Below, piece after piece: positions 1 to 9,932 of a stretch of 64,000 nt of DNA. Origin of the DNA: Planctomycetota bacterium (GTDB lineage Bacteria > Planctomycetota > UBA1135 > UBA2386); NCBI GenBank assembly GCA_965228735.1, contig OZ245838.1, positions 1,248,001-1,312,000 of the forward strand, read 5' to 3'. The notes beneath the pieces are model-generated. The model did not search any database and had not been told where the DNA came from. It worked only from the letters and a program-made list of their open reading frames with translations. The position numbers and the translations under genes were made by a program. Positions within the stretch are counted from its first letter, which is position 1, and each line of letters begins with the position of its first letter.

Positions 1-329
1 ACCCAGACGTTGTCGTTGTTCGCGTCGTAGGTGAGGTCGGTCACCGTCGCGCTGCCGTTGAACGCGGTGTAGATCGTGCCGAGAACGGTGCCGGGCGCGG
101 CGATCTTCACGAGCAGGATCTGGTTGCCGACCTTGCAGGTCGTCCAGTAGGCGCCGGTTGCGTCGCGGCACGCGCCCGCGACGTCGGTCGCGAGCCCGAG
201 TCCGGGCGTCGCGCGGATCACCTGCGTCGCGGGAATGGGTTGACCGACGACCTGGCCAGCCTGGCCGATCAGCGGAACGCACGGGAGGAGAACGGCCACG
301 AGCGTGGCCGGGGAGGGGCAGGGCATCAT
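1..329 (-). CDS. Secreted hypothetical protein, 5' part only (runs off the left edge)
   Basis: Manual translation from ATG at 329: MMPCPSPATLVAVLLPCVPLIGQ...GAYWTTCKVGNQILLVKIAAPGTVLGTIY...DLTYDANNDNVWV; signal-peptide-like start, open to the window edge. Confidence 0.55.
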   Translation of the reverse strand, partial: MMPCPSPATLVAVLLPCVPLIGQAGQVVGQPIPATQVIRATPGLGLATDVAGACRDATGAYWTTCKVGNQILLVKIAAPGTVLGTIYTAFNGSATVTDLTYDANNDNVW

Positions 330-497
330 CCGTCCTGGGGTCAGGGGTGAGGGATGGGATCGAGGGGAGCGTCCGTGACCCACTAGACCCGCGCTACCAA
401 CGAGTTGTCAGTCGAACCAGCATCTTTTGCCGGGCGCAGACTCGCGCTTGATCTCGACCCCGTTCGTGACTAGGCTCCCCGCCCCGCGAGGGACCCC

Positions 498-574
<77 letters not shown>

Positions 575-655
575 CTTGCGACCTTCCTCCGAGCGCGCGG
601 TTCGCGCGAACCCGCTAAGGAGCGTGCCCCACGGCGACGTCGCGGCACGAAGCGC

Positions 656-1084
656 GTGAGCCGCCTATCCCGAGCAGCCGCTACTCTGCTCGCCATGACT
701 TCGTGCGAGACCCCTGAACCGCCTGTCTGGCGGCAATTCGCGGTGCTCGTCTTGTCCGCCCCATCGGTCTTCCTCAGTGGGTGTGCCGGCCTGGGGTTCG
801 GCTTCGTCGACGGGGTCAGTCCCGCCGGCCGCGCTCTTGGGTGGCTACTGCTCTTGGTATCAGCGCAGGGCGTTCTCGCGATCGCACTGGTGTGCCAAGC
901 ACGGCGTCCGGCGCGCTGGGCACGGTGGACGCTCGTTCTCTTGAGCTTCATCGCGACTGGCGCAGCCGTGGTCATCGCCATCGACTTCCGAGACCTCGGC
1001 TGGCTGGCCGTGTCGATAGGGGGCGGCTCCATTCTGATCGCGGCCGGAGCCGGATTCTGGGTCGCCATCACGCCTCGCACCTGA
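656..1084 (+). CDS. Small hypothetical membrane protein (about 4 TM)
   Basis: 142-aa ORF with four hydrophobic stretches; codon usage less GC3-biased than its neighbours. Confidence 0.45.
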   Translation: MSRLSRAAATLLAMTSCETPEPPVWRQFAVLVLSAPSVFLSGCAGLGFGFVDGVSPAGRALGWLLLLVSAQGVLAIALVCQARRPARWARWTLVLLSFIATGAAVVIAIDFRDLGWLAVSIGGGSILIAAGAGFWVAITPRT

Positions 1085-1520
1085 ACTACAGAGCGGTTGC
1101 AGAGTGCGACCGTCCGCCAAGCGGCACCGGTGATGGGGTTCGAGTCCACAAGTGTAGTTGACAGAGTTCGAATCGCCCGGGATTCGTCCCGTCGAGCGCT
1201 AGCGGCTGAATGCGACGCTCGGCCCGCGACGATTGGGCCATTCTTGCCGTCGGCGGCCTCGCGATGCAGCCGCTGCCGTTCGAGATTGGCCTGCTCGCCT
1301 CGACCCGCTCGGGGCGAGCGTGATCGGACTGCACCCCCTCGACGGCACCGGGATATCAGGCTGGCCGCACGGCGTGACTCCGTAACGTCCGCCTCGGGAG
1401 CAGCTCACGTTCGAGCGGCGGACCCGTACGGCCCACAGTCTCCGACCAGGGTCAGATGCCGTCGGATCGCCCGCGATCACGGGCGCCGTCTGCGGTAGGC
1501 TGCGGGCCTCGCCACCGAGC

Positions 1521-2177
1521 TTGCCGATGGAGTCCGAAGCCCTGCGCCTTGCCACGCGTTTGCCCGTGCCCGCTCCGGGGCGCAGCGTGCGCGTCGCGAA
1601 CGGCAGCGCGGAGCTCGTGATCGAGAACAAGCGCGGCGGGTTCGTGCTGCTGTGGCACGCGGGACGCCGCGCCGAGCGGCACGTGCTCGGGCTGCGGCGG
1701 ATCGACGCGGGCGGCGAGTTCGTGCTCGAGTTCGCGCCACCCGAGCTGCCCGTGCGCGTGATGCTGCAGGACCCCGCGGTGCTCCTGCCGCTCGCGTGGC
1801 TGCACGGCTACGTCCAGCTGCCGCTCGTGCCGACGCTGTGGTGGCGCGACGGCGTAACCGGGTCGACGAGCCAGCTGTTCGCGTTCCCGCCCCGGGATCT
1901 GGTGGCCGAATGGACCGAACGCGAGGGCACGACGTTCTGCTGGCCGTCGCCGTGGCTGTCGCGCTACCCGGTGCCCGGCGCGAGCCCGCGCGCGACCGTG
2001 CCGCTGCGGCTGCGCAACCGCACGATGGCCGTCTGCAGCACCGCGGAGATCACGCTGCACCTGCGCGCGGACCAGCTCGCCGAACGGCGGCGCGGCATCG
2101 GCGCAGCACCGCAACGCATGGACTGGAACGGCGAGGCCTGGATCCAACGGCCGGCGCGCGCGGAGGTGCCGGCATGA
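1521..2177 (+). CDS. Hypothetical protein
   Basis: 218-aa ORF with normal codon bias; stop overlaps next ATG (ATGA). Confidence 0.6.
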   Translation: MPMESEALRLATRLPVPAPGRSVRVANGSAELVIENKRGGFVLLWHAGRRAERHVLGLRRIDAGGEFVLEFAPPELPVRVMLQDPAVLLPLAWLHGYVQLPLVPTLWWRDGVTGSTSQLFAFPPRDLVAEWTEREGTTFCWPSPWLSRYPVPGASPRATVPLRLRNRTMAVCSTAEITLHLRADQLAERRRGIGAAPQRMDWNGEAWIQRPARAEVPA

Positions 2178-3898
2178 ACGTCGCCGGCGTGAGGGCTTCT
2201 GCCAAGAACGGCGCGACCGCCGCCGGTCTTGCACTCGCACTGGTGGTTTCGTTCACCGGGTGTAGCGACCCGAGCGTGGCCGAGGGCCAGGCGGAGATCG
2301 CGGCCGAACTTCGCGCGGTTCGCGCCGCGCTGCAGGCCGACCGCGCCGGCCCGGTCGCGGACACGAACGCGCCGACCGCCGACGAGAACCGCGCCGCCCT
2401 CACCGCGGCGCTCGCGCCGTTGCGCGAGGTGCTCGTGACGCTCGTGCGGGACGTCGACGAGATGCGCGCGCGCCAGCAGGCGCTGACTGGCGAGCTCAAT
2501 CGTTGGTCACAACTCCTCGCGCAGGTCGCCGCCGCGCCGCGTGCCAGCGGTCCGGAAGGCGCGGGTGGGGGAGCGAACGATGCCGCGATCCAGCAGCTGT
2601 TGACGCGCCTCGGCGAGCTCGAGTCGCAGATGAAGTCGCAGGACGACCGCCACCGCGAGGTCGAGGGCATGATCGCGACCGCGCTCGATCGGACGTCGTC
2701 GCGACTCGAGGACTTCCTGCAGCGCATGAGCGCGTTGCGGCCCGGTGGGACGGCACCCGTCGATCCTGCGAACGCGAACCCGGCGAGCGCCAGGCCGGGC
2801 AATGGTGATCCGGGCAGCGGCGATCCCGGCAGCGGCGATCCGGGACCAGGAAACGCGACGACTGGCAACCCAGCGACTGGCAACCGGGCCGCTGGCAACC
2901 CGGGCGAGACCGGCAAGAAGGAATCGTCGAGCGGCAACCCCACCGGCGGCAATCAGAACCAGGGCGGCGACAACGACGGCCTGGAGCAGGCCGGCGGCAC
3001 GGTCGGCTACGGTCCGCGGCCATCGCCGTCGTTCTGGTGGTTCGGGGTCGCCGCGGTGGCGCTGATCCTCTCCGGCATGTTCGCGCTGTGGCTCGCGCGG
3101 GAGAACCGCGCGGGTGCGACGGCGCAGCTCGACGACGACGCGGCCGGCGAGGACGGCGCGCGCGAGCTCTGGGCCGCCGCGGCGCTGCTCGGCGAAGCGG
3201 TGGGGCGGTTGCGTGATCGCGACGGCGAACCGGATGGCACGGAAACCGCGCCGAGCCCGTTCGACGCATTTGCGGCCCAGCCGACGGCGGGCGACCCCGC
3301 GTCGGATCCGATGGCGCTGCTGCAGCAGCTCGCGGGCCAGGTCGGCGAGGCGGCGCCGGACCCGCCGCCGCGCGACGATTGGCGCGAAGCGCCGGTCGCG
3401 GACGCGGCAGTTCGCGATCGGCCGCCGGACGAGACCGTGATCGAACTGGCGGAGGAGCCGGTCGCAGCCGCCGCGTTCGAACCCGCGGCGGGGGAGCCGG
3501 TTTCGGGAGAACCCGCGTTAGAGGAACCCGCCGAGGCCCCGGACGATGCAGCGATGTCGCCGGCGGGGGAAGCAGCCGCGCCCCTGGCTGCACCAGCCGA
3601 CCCCGGCGCGAAGCCCGAGCACCCTGGCACCCCGACGATCTCGCCCGCGGCCGCTGCCCCGACGCGCCAGCATGATCGGCCGCCGACGATCGAGTTCACG
3701 CTGCCCGCGACCGACCCCGCGGCCGCCGCCGTCCGCGCCGCGCAGGCGCTGACGCAGGAGCCCCGGGTGCTGCGCCGCCCGGCCGCCGAGTGCACGCCAC
3801 ACGAAACGGCGGTCCTCGTGCGCTACCACGTGGTGCCCGGCACCCCGGACATCGAACGTTCGCGGATCGAGGGCCGCGTGCGGATCGCCGTGCACTGA
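2174..3898 (+). CDS. Hypothetical lipoprotein/membrane-anchored protein with coiled coil and low-complexity linkers
   Basis: ATG at 2174 coupled to upstream stop; lipobox-like VSFTGC, coiled-coil region, G/N/P pentapeptide repeats, internal TM (FWWFGVAAVALILSGMFALWL). Confidence 0.65.
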   Translation: MNVAGVRASAKNGATAAGLALALVVSFTGCSDPSVAEGQAEIAAELRAVRAALQADRAGPVADTNAPTADENRAALTAALAPLREVLVTLVRDVDEMRARQQALTGELNRWSQLLAQVAAAPRASGPEGAGGGANDAAIQQLLTRLGELESQMKSQDDRHREVEGMIATALDRTSSRLEDFLQRMSALRPGGTAPVDPANANPASARPGNGDPGSGDPGSGDPGPGNATTGNPATGNRAAGNPGETGKKESSSGNPTGGNQNQGGDNDGLEQAGGTVGYGPRPSPSFWWFGVAAVALILSGMFALWLARENRAGATAQLDDDAAGEDGARELWAAAALLGEAVGRLRDRDGEPDGTETAPSPFDAFAAQPTAGDPASDPMALLQQLAGQVGEAAPDPPPRDDWREAPVADAAVRDRPPDETVIELAEEPVAAAAFEPAAGEPVSGEPALEEPAEAPDDAAMSPAGEAAAPLAAPADPGAKPEHPGTPTISPAAAAPTRQHDRPPTIEFTLPATDPAAAAVRAAQALTQEPRVLRRPAAECTPHETAVLVRYHVVPGTPDIERSRIEGRVRIAVH

Positions 3899-4012
3899 TT
3901 CCATTTCGTGGCCGGCCCGGCGGCAATTCGACGCTCGCCGCCAACAGCCCGGCTCGCTATCGTGCTTGCCCCTCGCGCGCCCGAGACCGTCGGGCAGGAG
4001 TTGCACACACCC

Positions 4013-5119
4013 ATGATCATCGGCGTTCCCAAGGAGATCAAAGCCCAGGAGAACCGCATCGGCGCCGTCCCGGCGATGGTGCTGGACCTCGTCGGCGCGG
4101 GCCATCGCGTCCTCGTCGAGAAGGACGGCGGCCTCGGTGCCGGCATCCCCGACAGCTCGTTCCAGGAGGTCGGCGCGGAGATCCGCGACACGGCCGCCGA
4201 GATCTACGGCGAGTCGGAGATGATCATCAAGGTCAAGGAGCCGCTGCCGGACGAGTACGCGCTGATCAAGCCGGACCAGGTGCTGTTCACCTACTTCCAC
4301 TTCGCCGCGAGCCGTGAGCTCACGGACGCGATGCTGAAGTCGGGAGCGCACTGCTTCGCCTACGAGACGCTCGTCCACGACGACTCGCTGCCGCTGCTCA
4401 CGCCGATGAGCGAGGTCGCCGGCCGCATGTCGGTGCAGGTCGGCGCCGTGTGCCTCGAGAGCCACATGGGCAGCCGCGGCATCCTGCTCGGCGGCATCCC
4501 GGGCGTCGAACCGGCCAACGTCGTGATCCTCGGCGGCGGCGTCGTCGGCACCAACGCGGCCAAGATGGCGGCGGGTCTCGGCGCCGACGTGCGCCTGCTC
4601 GACATCGACCTCGAACGGCTGCGCTACCTCGCCGACGTCATGCCGGCGAACGTCACGCTGCTGCACAGCTCGCCGATCTCGATCCGCGAACAGATCGAAC
4701 AGGCCGACCTCGTGATCGGCGCCGTCCTCGTGCAGGGCGCGCGCGCGCCGCGCCTCGTGCGCCGCGAGGACCTCGCGTCGATGAAGGACGGTGCGGTCGT
4801 CGTCGACGTCGCCGTCGACCAGGGCGGCTGCATCGAGACCTGCCGTCCGACGACGCACGCCGATCCGACCTACGTCGTCGACGGCGTGCTGCACTACTGC
4901 GTCGCGAACATGCCGGGCGCCGTGCCGCGCACGTCGACGTTCGGCCTGACCAACGCGACGGGGCCCTACGCGCGCAAGCTCGCCAAGCTCGGCGCGGCCG
5001 AGGCCGTGAAGGACCCGGCGCTGCGCACGGCGGCCAACGTCCTCGCCGGCAAGTGCACGCACTCCGCGGTCGCCGAGGCGTTCGACCTCGAGTACACGCC
5101 GCCGGCCGACATCTTCTAG
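4013..5119 (+). CDS. ald: Alanine dehydrogenase
   Basis: [51 protein letters not shown] motifs. Confidence 0.96.
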   Translation: MIIGVPKEIKAQENRIGAVPAMVLDLVGAGHRVLVEKDGGLGAGIPDSSFQEVGAEIRDTAAEIYGESEMIIKVKEPLPDEYALIKPDQVLFTYFHFAASRELTDAMLKSGAHCFAYETLVHDDSLPLLTPMSEVAGRMSVQVGAVCLESHMGSRGILLGGIPGVEPANVVILGGGVVGTNAAKMAAGLGADVRLLDIDLERLRYLADVMPANVTLLHSSPISIREQIEQADLVIGAVLVQGARAPRLVRREDLASMKDGAVVVDVAVDQGGCIETCRPTTHADPTYVVDGVLHYCVANMPGAVPRTSTFGLTNATGPYARKLAKLGAAEAVKDPALRTAANVLAGKCTHSAVAEAFDLEYTPPADIF

Positions 5120-5155
5120 CGGGCTTCCCCGACGGCCTTCCGCACGTCACCGAAC

Positions 5156-6094
5156 ATGAACGCGGCGCTGCCGGATTCGGTGATGGGGGAGCCGGCGCTG
5201 CCAGAATCGGCGATGCAGGAATCCACGATGCAGGGCGCCGAGGCTGCCGCGGGCGGCCCGGACCTGCTCGAAGCCGTGTGGCTCGGCCTCGTCGAGGGCA
5301 TCACGGAGTTCCTGCCGGTGTCGAGCACCGGCCACCTCATCGTGGCACAGCGCGCCCTCGGGCTCGGCCAGGACGAGGCCAACAACCTGTTCGCGGTCGG
5401 CATCCAGATCGGCGCGATCACGGCGATCCTCGTGCTCTACTGGCGGCGCCTGCTCGACGCGCTACGCACGTGCCTGCGGCCGACCTCGCGCGGCGACGCC
5501 GACGGCGAGACGCAGCGCAACCTGCTGTGGCAGATCGGCGTCGCCGCGCTGCCGGCCGTGGTGTTCGGCCTGCTGCTCGAGGACTGGATCGACGAACACC
5601 TGTTCAGCTCGCGCGTCGTCGCCGTCACGATGATCTTCGGCGGCGTGCTGCTGATGCTGCTCGAACGGATGATCAAGGGCCGCACGTGGGCGCGCGAGGA
5701 CCTCGCGACCATGAGCTACATGACCGCGCTCGGCATCGGCATGTTCCAGTGCCTGGCGCTGATCCCGGGCACGTCGCGATCCGGAGCGACGATCGCCGGC
5801 GCGATGCTGCTCGGCATGTCGCGCACGGCGGCGGCCGAGTTCTCGTTCCTCGTCGGCCTGCCGATCCTCTACGGCGCCGCGGGCTACAAACTCGTCAAGT
5901 CGGGGCACACGCTCGACGGGGACGCGCTGCCGCCGTTCCTCGTCGGCACCGCGGTGTCGTTCGTCGCCGCGATCGTCGTCGTCAAACCGTTCGTCGCGTT
6001 CTTGCGTCGACACACGTTCGCGCCGTTCGCGTGGTATCGGATCGCGGCCGGCGCCGTGCTCGCGTACTGCTGCTGGACGGGCTTCGTCGACTGA
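5156..6094 (+). CDS. uppP: Undecaprenyl-diphosphate phosphatase (BacA)
   Basis: GLVEGITEFLPVSSTGHL and PGTSRSGATI motifs; true start may be a downstream Met. Confidence 0.95.
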   Translation: MNAALPDSVMGEPALPESAMQESTMQGAEAAAGGPDLLEAVWLGLVEGITEFLPVSSTGHLIVAQRALGLGQDEANNLFAVGIQIGAITAILVLYWRRLLDALRTCLRPTSRGDADGETQRNLLWQIGVAALPAVVFGLLLEDWIDEHLFSSRVVAVTMIFGGVLLMLLERMIKGRTWAREDLATMSYMTALGIGMFQCLALIPGTSRSGATIAGAMLLGMSRTAAAEFSFLVGLPILYGAAGYKLVKSGHTLDGDALPPFLVGTAVSFVAAIVVVKPFVAFLRRHTFAPFAWYRIAAGAVLAYCCWTGFVD

Positions 6095-6115
6095 CGGCCC
6101 GCCGCGGCTTGCCGA

Positions 6116-6646
6116 TCAGCTGCGGCGATAGCCGAGCTCGCGCACGACCATCAGCACCTCGCTCCAGCTCGGGAACGGACGGCCGTGCTTCTGCTTGAAG
6201 TCGTCGATCGCCGCGATGAACTCGAGCACATCGGCGTCGACCTCGGCGAGTGCCGGCGCGCTGCGGTCGGTCGTCGGCGCCTTCTTGCCGTTGGTCTTCG
6301 GGCCGCCGCTCTTGGGGCTGGCAGCGGCCTTGCCGGCCTTGCGCGGGCCGGCGGGCTTCTTCGCGGGCGCCTTCGGCGGCGACGACTTCCGCGCGGTCGC
6401 CTTGCCGTTCCGGCTCGCCGGCTTGCTCGCGGACTTCTTCGCGACGGTCTTCTTGGCGGGCGACTTCCTGGCCGCCGCCTTCTTCGGGGCCGCCTTCGAG
6501 CCGGCCTTGCGGGTCGACTTCTTCGCGGCCTTCACGGGCGTCTTCGGGCGGGCACTGCGCGAGCGCAGACTGGTCGACTTCTTGGTCTTCGCCGCGCGGG
6601 CGGATCTCGACCTCGTCTTGGACTTGGACGTCGTGGCGCTGGCCAT
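6116..6646 (-). CDS. Lys/Ala-rich histone H1-like protein with small C-terminal globular domain
   Basis: About 130 aa of K/A/S/P/R-rich sequence (AAKKS, PAKK repeats) followed by [35 protein letters not shown]. Confidence 0.7.
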   Translation of the reverse strand: MASATTSKSKTRSRSARAAKTKKSTSLRSRSARPKTPVKAAKKSTRKAGSKAAPKKAAARKSPAKKTVAKKSASKPASRNGKATARKSSPPKAPAKKPAGPRKAGKAAASPKSGGPKTNGKKAPTTDRSAPALAEVDADVLEFIAAIDDFKQKHGRPFPSWSEVLMVVRELGYRRS

Positions 6647-6653
6647 GCCGGCC

Positions 6654-7709
6654 CTATCGGCCGTTCTCGAACATTCCCTTGATCGCGGGGCCGAAGGGCG
6701 GGCGCAGCACCCCGACATCGGTCACGAGCGCGGCGATGAGCGCGGCGGGCGTGCGGTCGAACGCGGGGTTCCTGGCCCCGATCCCGGGCGGCGCGATGGG
6801 GCGGTTCCCGATGCCCGTGACCTCGATGGCATCGCGCTCTTCGATCGGGATCACCGCGCCGTCCGGCAGCGCGAGATCGAACGTCGAACGTGGCGCCGCG
6901 ACGTAGAACGGGACCTCGTGCGCGTTCGCCGCGAGGGCCAGCCCGTAGGTGCCGACCTTGTTGGCGACGTCGCCGTTGGCGGCAATCCGATCGGCCCCGG
7001 TGATCACCATCTGGACCTCGCCCCGACCGATCAGACCCGCCGCCGCGCTGTCGCAGATCACCTCGACGGGGATGCCCGCGCGGTGCAGTTCGAGCGCCGT
7101 GAGGCGGGCGCCCTGCAGCAGCGGGCGCGTCTCGTCCGCCAGCACCGTGAAGCGCTTGCCAGCGCGCCAGGCGGCGTAGAGCACCGCGAGCGCCGTGCCG
7201 TCGCCGGCCGTCGCGAGGCGACCCGCGTTGCAGTGCGTGAGGACCGTGCCGCCGTCGGGCACGAGTTCGCTCCCGAACCGACCCATCGCGTCGCAGGCGT
7301 CGCGGTCCTCCTGATGGATCGCGCGCGCCTCGTCGAGCAGCGCGTCGAGGGTCGGCTCGGTCGCCGCGCGCGCGGCACAGCGATCGAGTGCCCAGCGCAG
7401 ATTGACGGCCGTCGGGCGCGCCAGCGCGAGCCGTTCGACCTGCTCCGCGAGCCCGGCCGTGAATGCAACGCCGCTGGCGAGTCGCTCGCGGACCGCGAGC
7501 ACGAGGCCGTAGGCCGCCGCGACGCCGATCGCGGGCGCGCCGCGCACCGCGAGCCGCTGGATGGCGTCGATCACGGCCGTGCTCGCGGTGAGCTCGAGCA
7601 CCTCGACCGTGGCCGGCAACAGCGTCTGATCGAGCAGCCACAGCGCCCCCGTCGCGGAGTCGCCGCGCCACTGCACGGTCTCGGGCAAGCTCCCCGTCAT
7701 CGGATCCAC
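6654..7709 (-). CDS. mtnA: S-methyl-5-thioribose-1-phosphate isomerase
   Basis: [58 protein letters not shown]. Confidence 0.95.
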   Translation of the reverse strand: MDPMTGSLPETVQWRGDSATGALWLLDQTLLPATVEVLELTASTAVIDAIQRLAVRGAPAIGVAAAYGLVLAVRERLASGVAFTAGLAEQVERLALARPTAVNLRWALDRCAARAATEPTLDALLDEARAIHQEDRDACDAMGRFGSELVPDGGTVLTHCNAGRLATAGDGTALAVLYAAWRAGKRFTVLADETRPLLQGARLTALELHRAGIPVEVICDSAAAGLIGRGEVQMVITGADRIAANGDVANKVGTYGLALAANAHEVPFYVAAPRSTFDLALPDGAVIPIEERDAIEVTGIGNRPIAPPGIGARNPAFDRTPAALIAALVTDVGVLRPPFGPAIKGMFENGR

Positions 7710-7730
7710 TGGGTCATCGAATCCACCGGG

Positions 7731-8594
7731 TCATCGGGTCAGCCGGGCCTGGATCTCGGCGTAGGTCGCGGCGGTCTGCTCGACGATCGCGGCCGGCAGC
7801 TCGGGCGGTGGGGGCGTCTTGTCCCAGTCGGTCGACTGCAGCCAGTTGCGCAGCAGCTGCTTGTCGTAGGACGTCGGTTTGCCGCCGGGCACGACCTCGT
7901 CGGCGGGCCAGAAGCGGCTCGAGTCCGGCGTCAGGCACTCGTCGATGAGCACGAGCTCGCCGTCCGCGAGGCCGAACTCGAACTTGGTGTCGGCGATCAC
8001 GATGCCGCGCTCGCGCGCGAACTCGCGGCCCTTGCGGTAGAGCTCGAGCGCCTTTTGCCGCGCCAGCTCGGCGATCTCGGCCCCGACGAGCTCGACGACG
8101 CGCTCGAACGCGATCGGCTCGTCGTGGCCGCTCTCGGCCTTGGTCGACGGCGTCAGGATCGGCGGGTCGAGCTCGCTCGCGTGCTGCAGCCCCGCCGGCA
8201 GGGTGATCCCGCTGACCGCGCCGTCCCGCTGGTAGTCGGTCCAGCCGGAGCCCGTGAGGTAGCCGCGCACGACCCACTCGACGGGCAACGGCTCGCATTT
8301 GCGGCAGCGCATCGTCCGCCCGCGCAGCGCGTCCTTGAACTCCGCGGGCACGTCGTCCCAGTCGTCGACGTCGGTCGAGAGCATGTGGTTGGGCACGACG
8401 TCACGCAGCTTGTCGAACCAGAACCGCGACGTCTGGGTCAGCACCTCGCCCTTGCCGGGGATGCCCTGGTTCATGACGACGTCGAACGCCGAGACGCGGT
8501 CGCTCGTCACGAGCAGCAGGTCGCCGCCGAGTTCGAACACCTCCCGCACCTTGCCGCGCCCGAGCCGCGTCGCGAAGGGCAGGTCGACGGACAT
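7731..8594 (-). CDS. purC: Phosphoribosylaminoimidazole-succinocarboxamide synthase
   Basis: GKVREVF, SDRVSAFD, VRGYLTGS, TPSTKA, IADTKFEFG, DECLTPDSSRFW, SYDKQ; start reassigned to ATG 8594. Confidence 0.95.
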   Translation of the reverse strand: MSVDLPFATRLGRGKVREVFELGGDLLLVTSDRVSAFDVVMNQGIPGKGEVLTQTSRFWFDKLRDVVPNHMLSTDVDDWDDVPAEFKDALRGRTMRCRKCEPLPVEWVVRGYLTGSGWTDYQRDGAVSGITLPAGLQHASELDPPILTPSTKAESGHDEPIAFERVVELVGAEIAELARQKALELYRKGREFARERGIVIADTKFEFGLADGELVLIDECLTPDSSRFWPADEVVPGGKPTSYDKQLLRNWLQSTDWDKTPPPPELPAAIVEQTAATYAEIQARLTR

Positions 8595-8669
8595 CACGCT
8601 CGCTTGCACGGCCGCATTATGCCGCACCGACCCCGTTGAATCAGCGGCGACTCGCGACAGACTGTCGAC

Positions 8670-9932
8670 GTGCAAAAGCGCATCATCCCGAACCCCGCCG
8701 GCGTGCCGGCCGATCTCGCCAAGCCGAAGCTCCCGGGCAGCAAGAGCCACGCCCAGCGCGCGATGCTGCTTGCGTCGTGCCTGCCGGGAACGTGCAAGTT
8801 CTCGGGCGTGCCGGTCAGCGACGATCTCGCGATCCTGCTGCGGGCGCTCGCGGCCCGCGGCGTGCGCGTGCTCGGCGAGGGCAAGGGTCAATGGACCGTG
8901 CACGGCGCGGCCCCGTCGGCGGGCAAGGCGATCCGCATCGACGCGGGCGAGAACGCGACCGTCGCACGCATGACGCTGTCGATGCTGCCGCTGCTCGGCT
9001 GCTCGGTGACGATCGACGGCCATCCGCGCCTGCGGCGCCGCCCGATGGGGGCGGTCACGGCGATGCTGCGGGACGCCGGGGTCTCGTGCGATCAGGACAC
9101 GCTGCCGATCCACGCCGACGGCCGCGGCTTCAAGGCGCCCGAGATCGTGCGCGTCGACGCCTCGTCGACGACGCAGCCTGCAAGCGGCGCGATGCTCGCC
9201 GTCGCGCTCGGCGGGGGCGGCCACGTCGAGATCGCCCGCCCGGGCGCGACCGGCTACCTCGACCTCACGGCGCAGATCCTGCGCTCGTTCGGCGCGCGCG
9301 TCGAACGCGAAGAACACCCGTGGGGGCTGCAGTTCGAGCTCTCGCCGCCGGCCGGGGGCGACCGCCAGTTCGCCGTGCCGCCCGACCCGTCGGCCCGCGC
9401 GTTCGTCGCTGTGCTCGCGGCGCTGCACGGCACGGCATTGCCGGCCGGCCTCGAGCACCGCGCGGACGACGCCCACCCCGACTGGGCCATCGACGGCGAC
9501 ATCGCGACGATGACGAGCGCCGGGCCCGAGGACGAGGTCCTGCTCGAAGGCATGGAAGCCAGGCCCGACAGCGTGCCCGCGCTCGCGATCCTCGCGTCGC
9601 GTCGGCCCGGCGCCACGGTGTTCCGCGGCGTCGCCAATCTGCGGACCAAGGAGAGCGACCGGCTCGCGGCGCTCGCGCGCGGCCTCGGCACGCTCGGCGT
9701 CGAGACCCAGGTGCGCGCCGATGAACTGATCGTGCGCGGCCCGCTGCCGATGGACGGCGCGATGGTGCAGGTGCCGACCGTGGCCGACCACCGCATCGTC
9801 ATGGCGCTGGCGCTGCTCGGAACGATCCTGCCGGGCGGCATCGAGGTCGAGAACCCCGAGGCCGTGGCCAAGAGCTGGCCGGCCTACTGGGACTGGCTCG
9901 GCCAGTGCGCCACGGTCACGACGGTCGAGTAG
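8670..9932 (+). CDS. aroA: 3-phosphoshikimate 1-carboxyvinyltransferase (EPSP synthase), divergent
   Basis: LPGSKS, RRPM, LRTKESDRL, DHRIVMA, VAKSWPAYW. Confidence 0.85.
   Translation: MQKRIIPNPAGVPADLAKPKLPGSKSHAQRAMLLASCLPGTCKFSGVPVSDDLAILLRALAARGVRVLGEGKGQWTVHGAAPSAGKAIRIDAGENATVARMTLSMLPLLGCSVTIDGHPRLRRRPMGAVTAMLRDAGVSCDQDTLPIHADGRGFKAPEIVRVDASSTTQPASGAMLAVALGGGGHVEIARPGATGYLDLTAQILRSFGARVEREEHPWGLQFELSPPAGGDRQFAVPPDPSARAFVAVLAALHGTALPAGLEHRADDAHPDWAIDGDIATMTSAGPEDEVLLEGMEARPDSVPALAILASRRPGATVFRGVANLRTKESDRLAALARGLGTLGVETQVRADELIVRGPLPMDGAMVQVPTVADHRIVMALALLGTILPGGIEVENPEAVAKSWPAYWDWLGQCATVTTVE

Noticed and set aside
1130..1420. Additional tRNA-like genes suggested by several GTTCGA motifs
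   Set aside because: No cloverleaf or acceptor stem could be built around them
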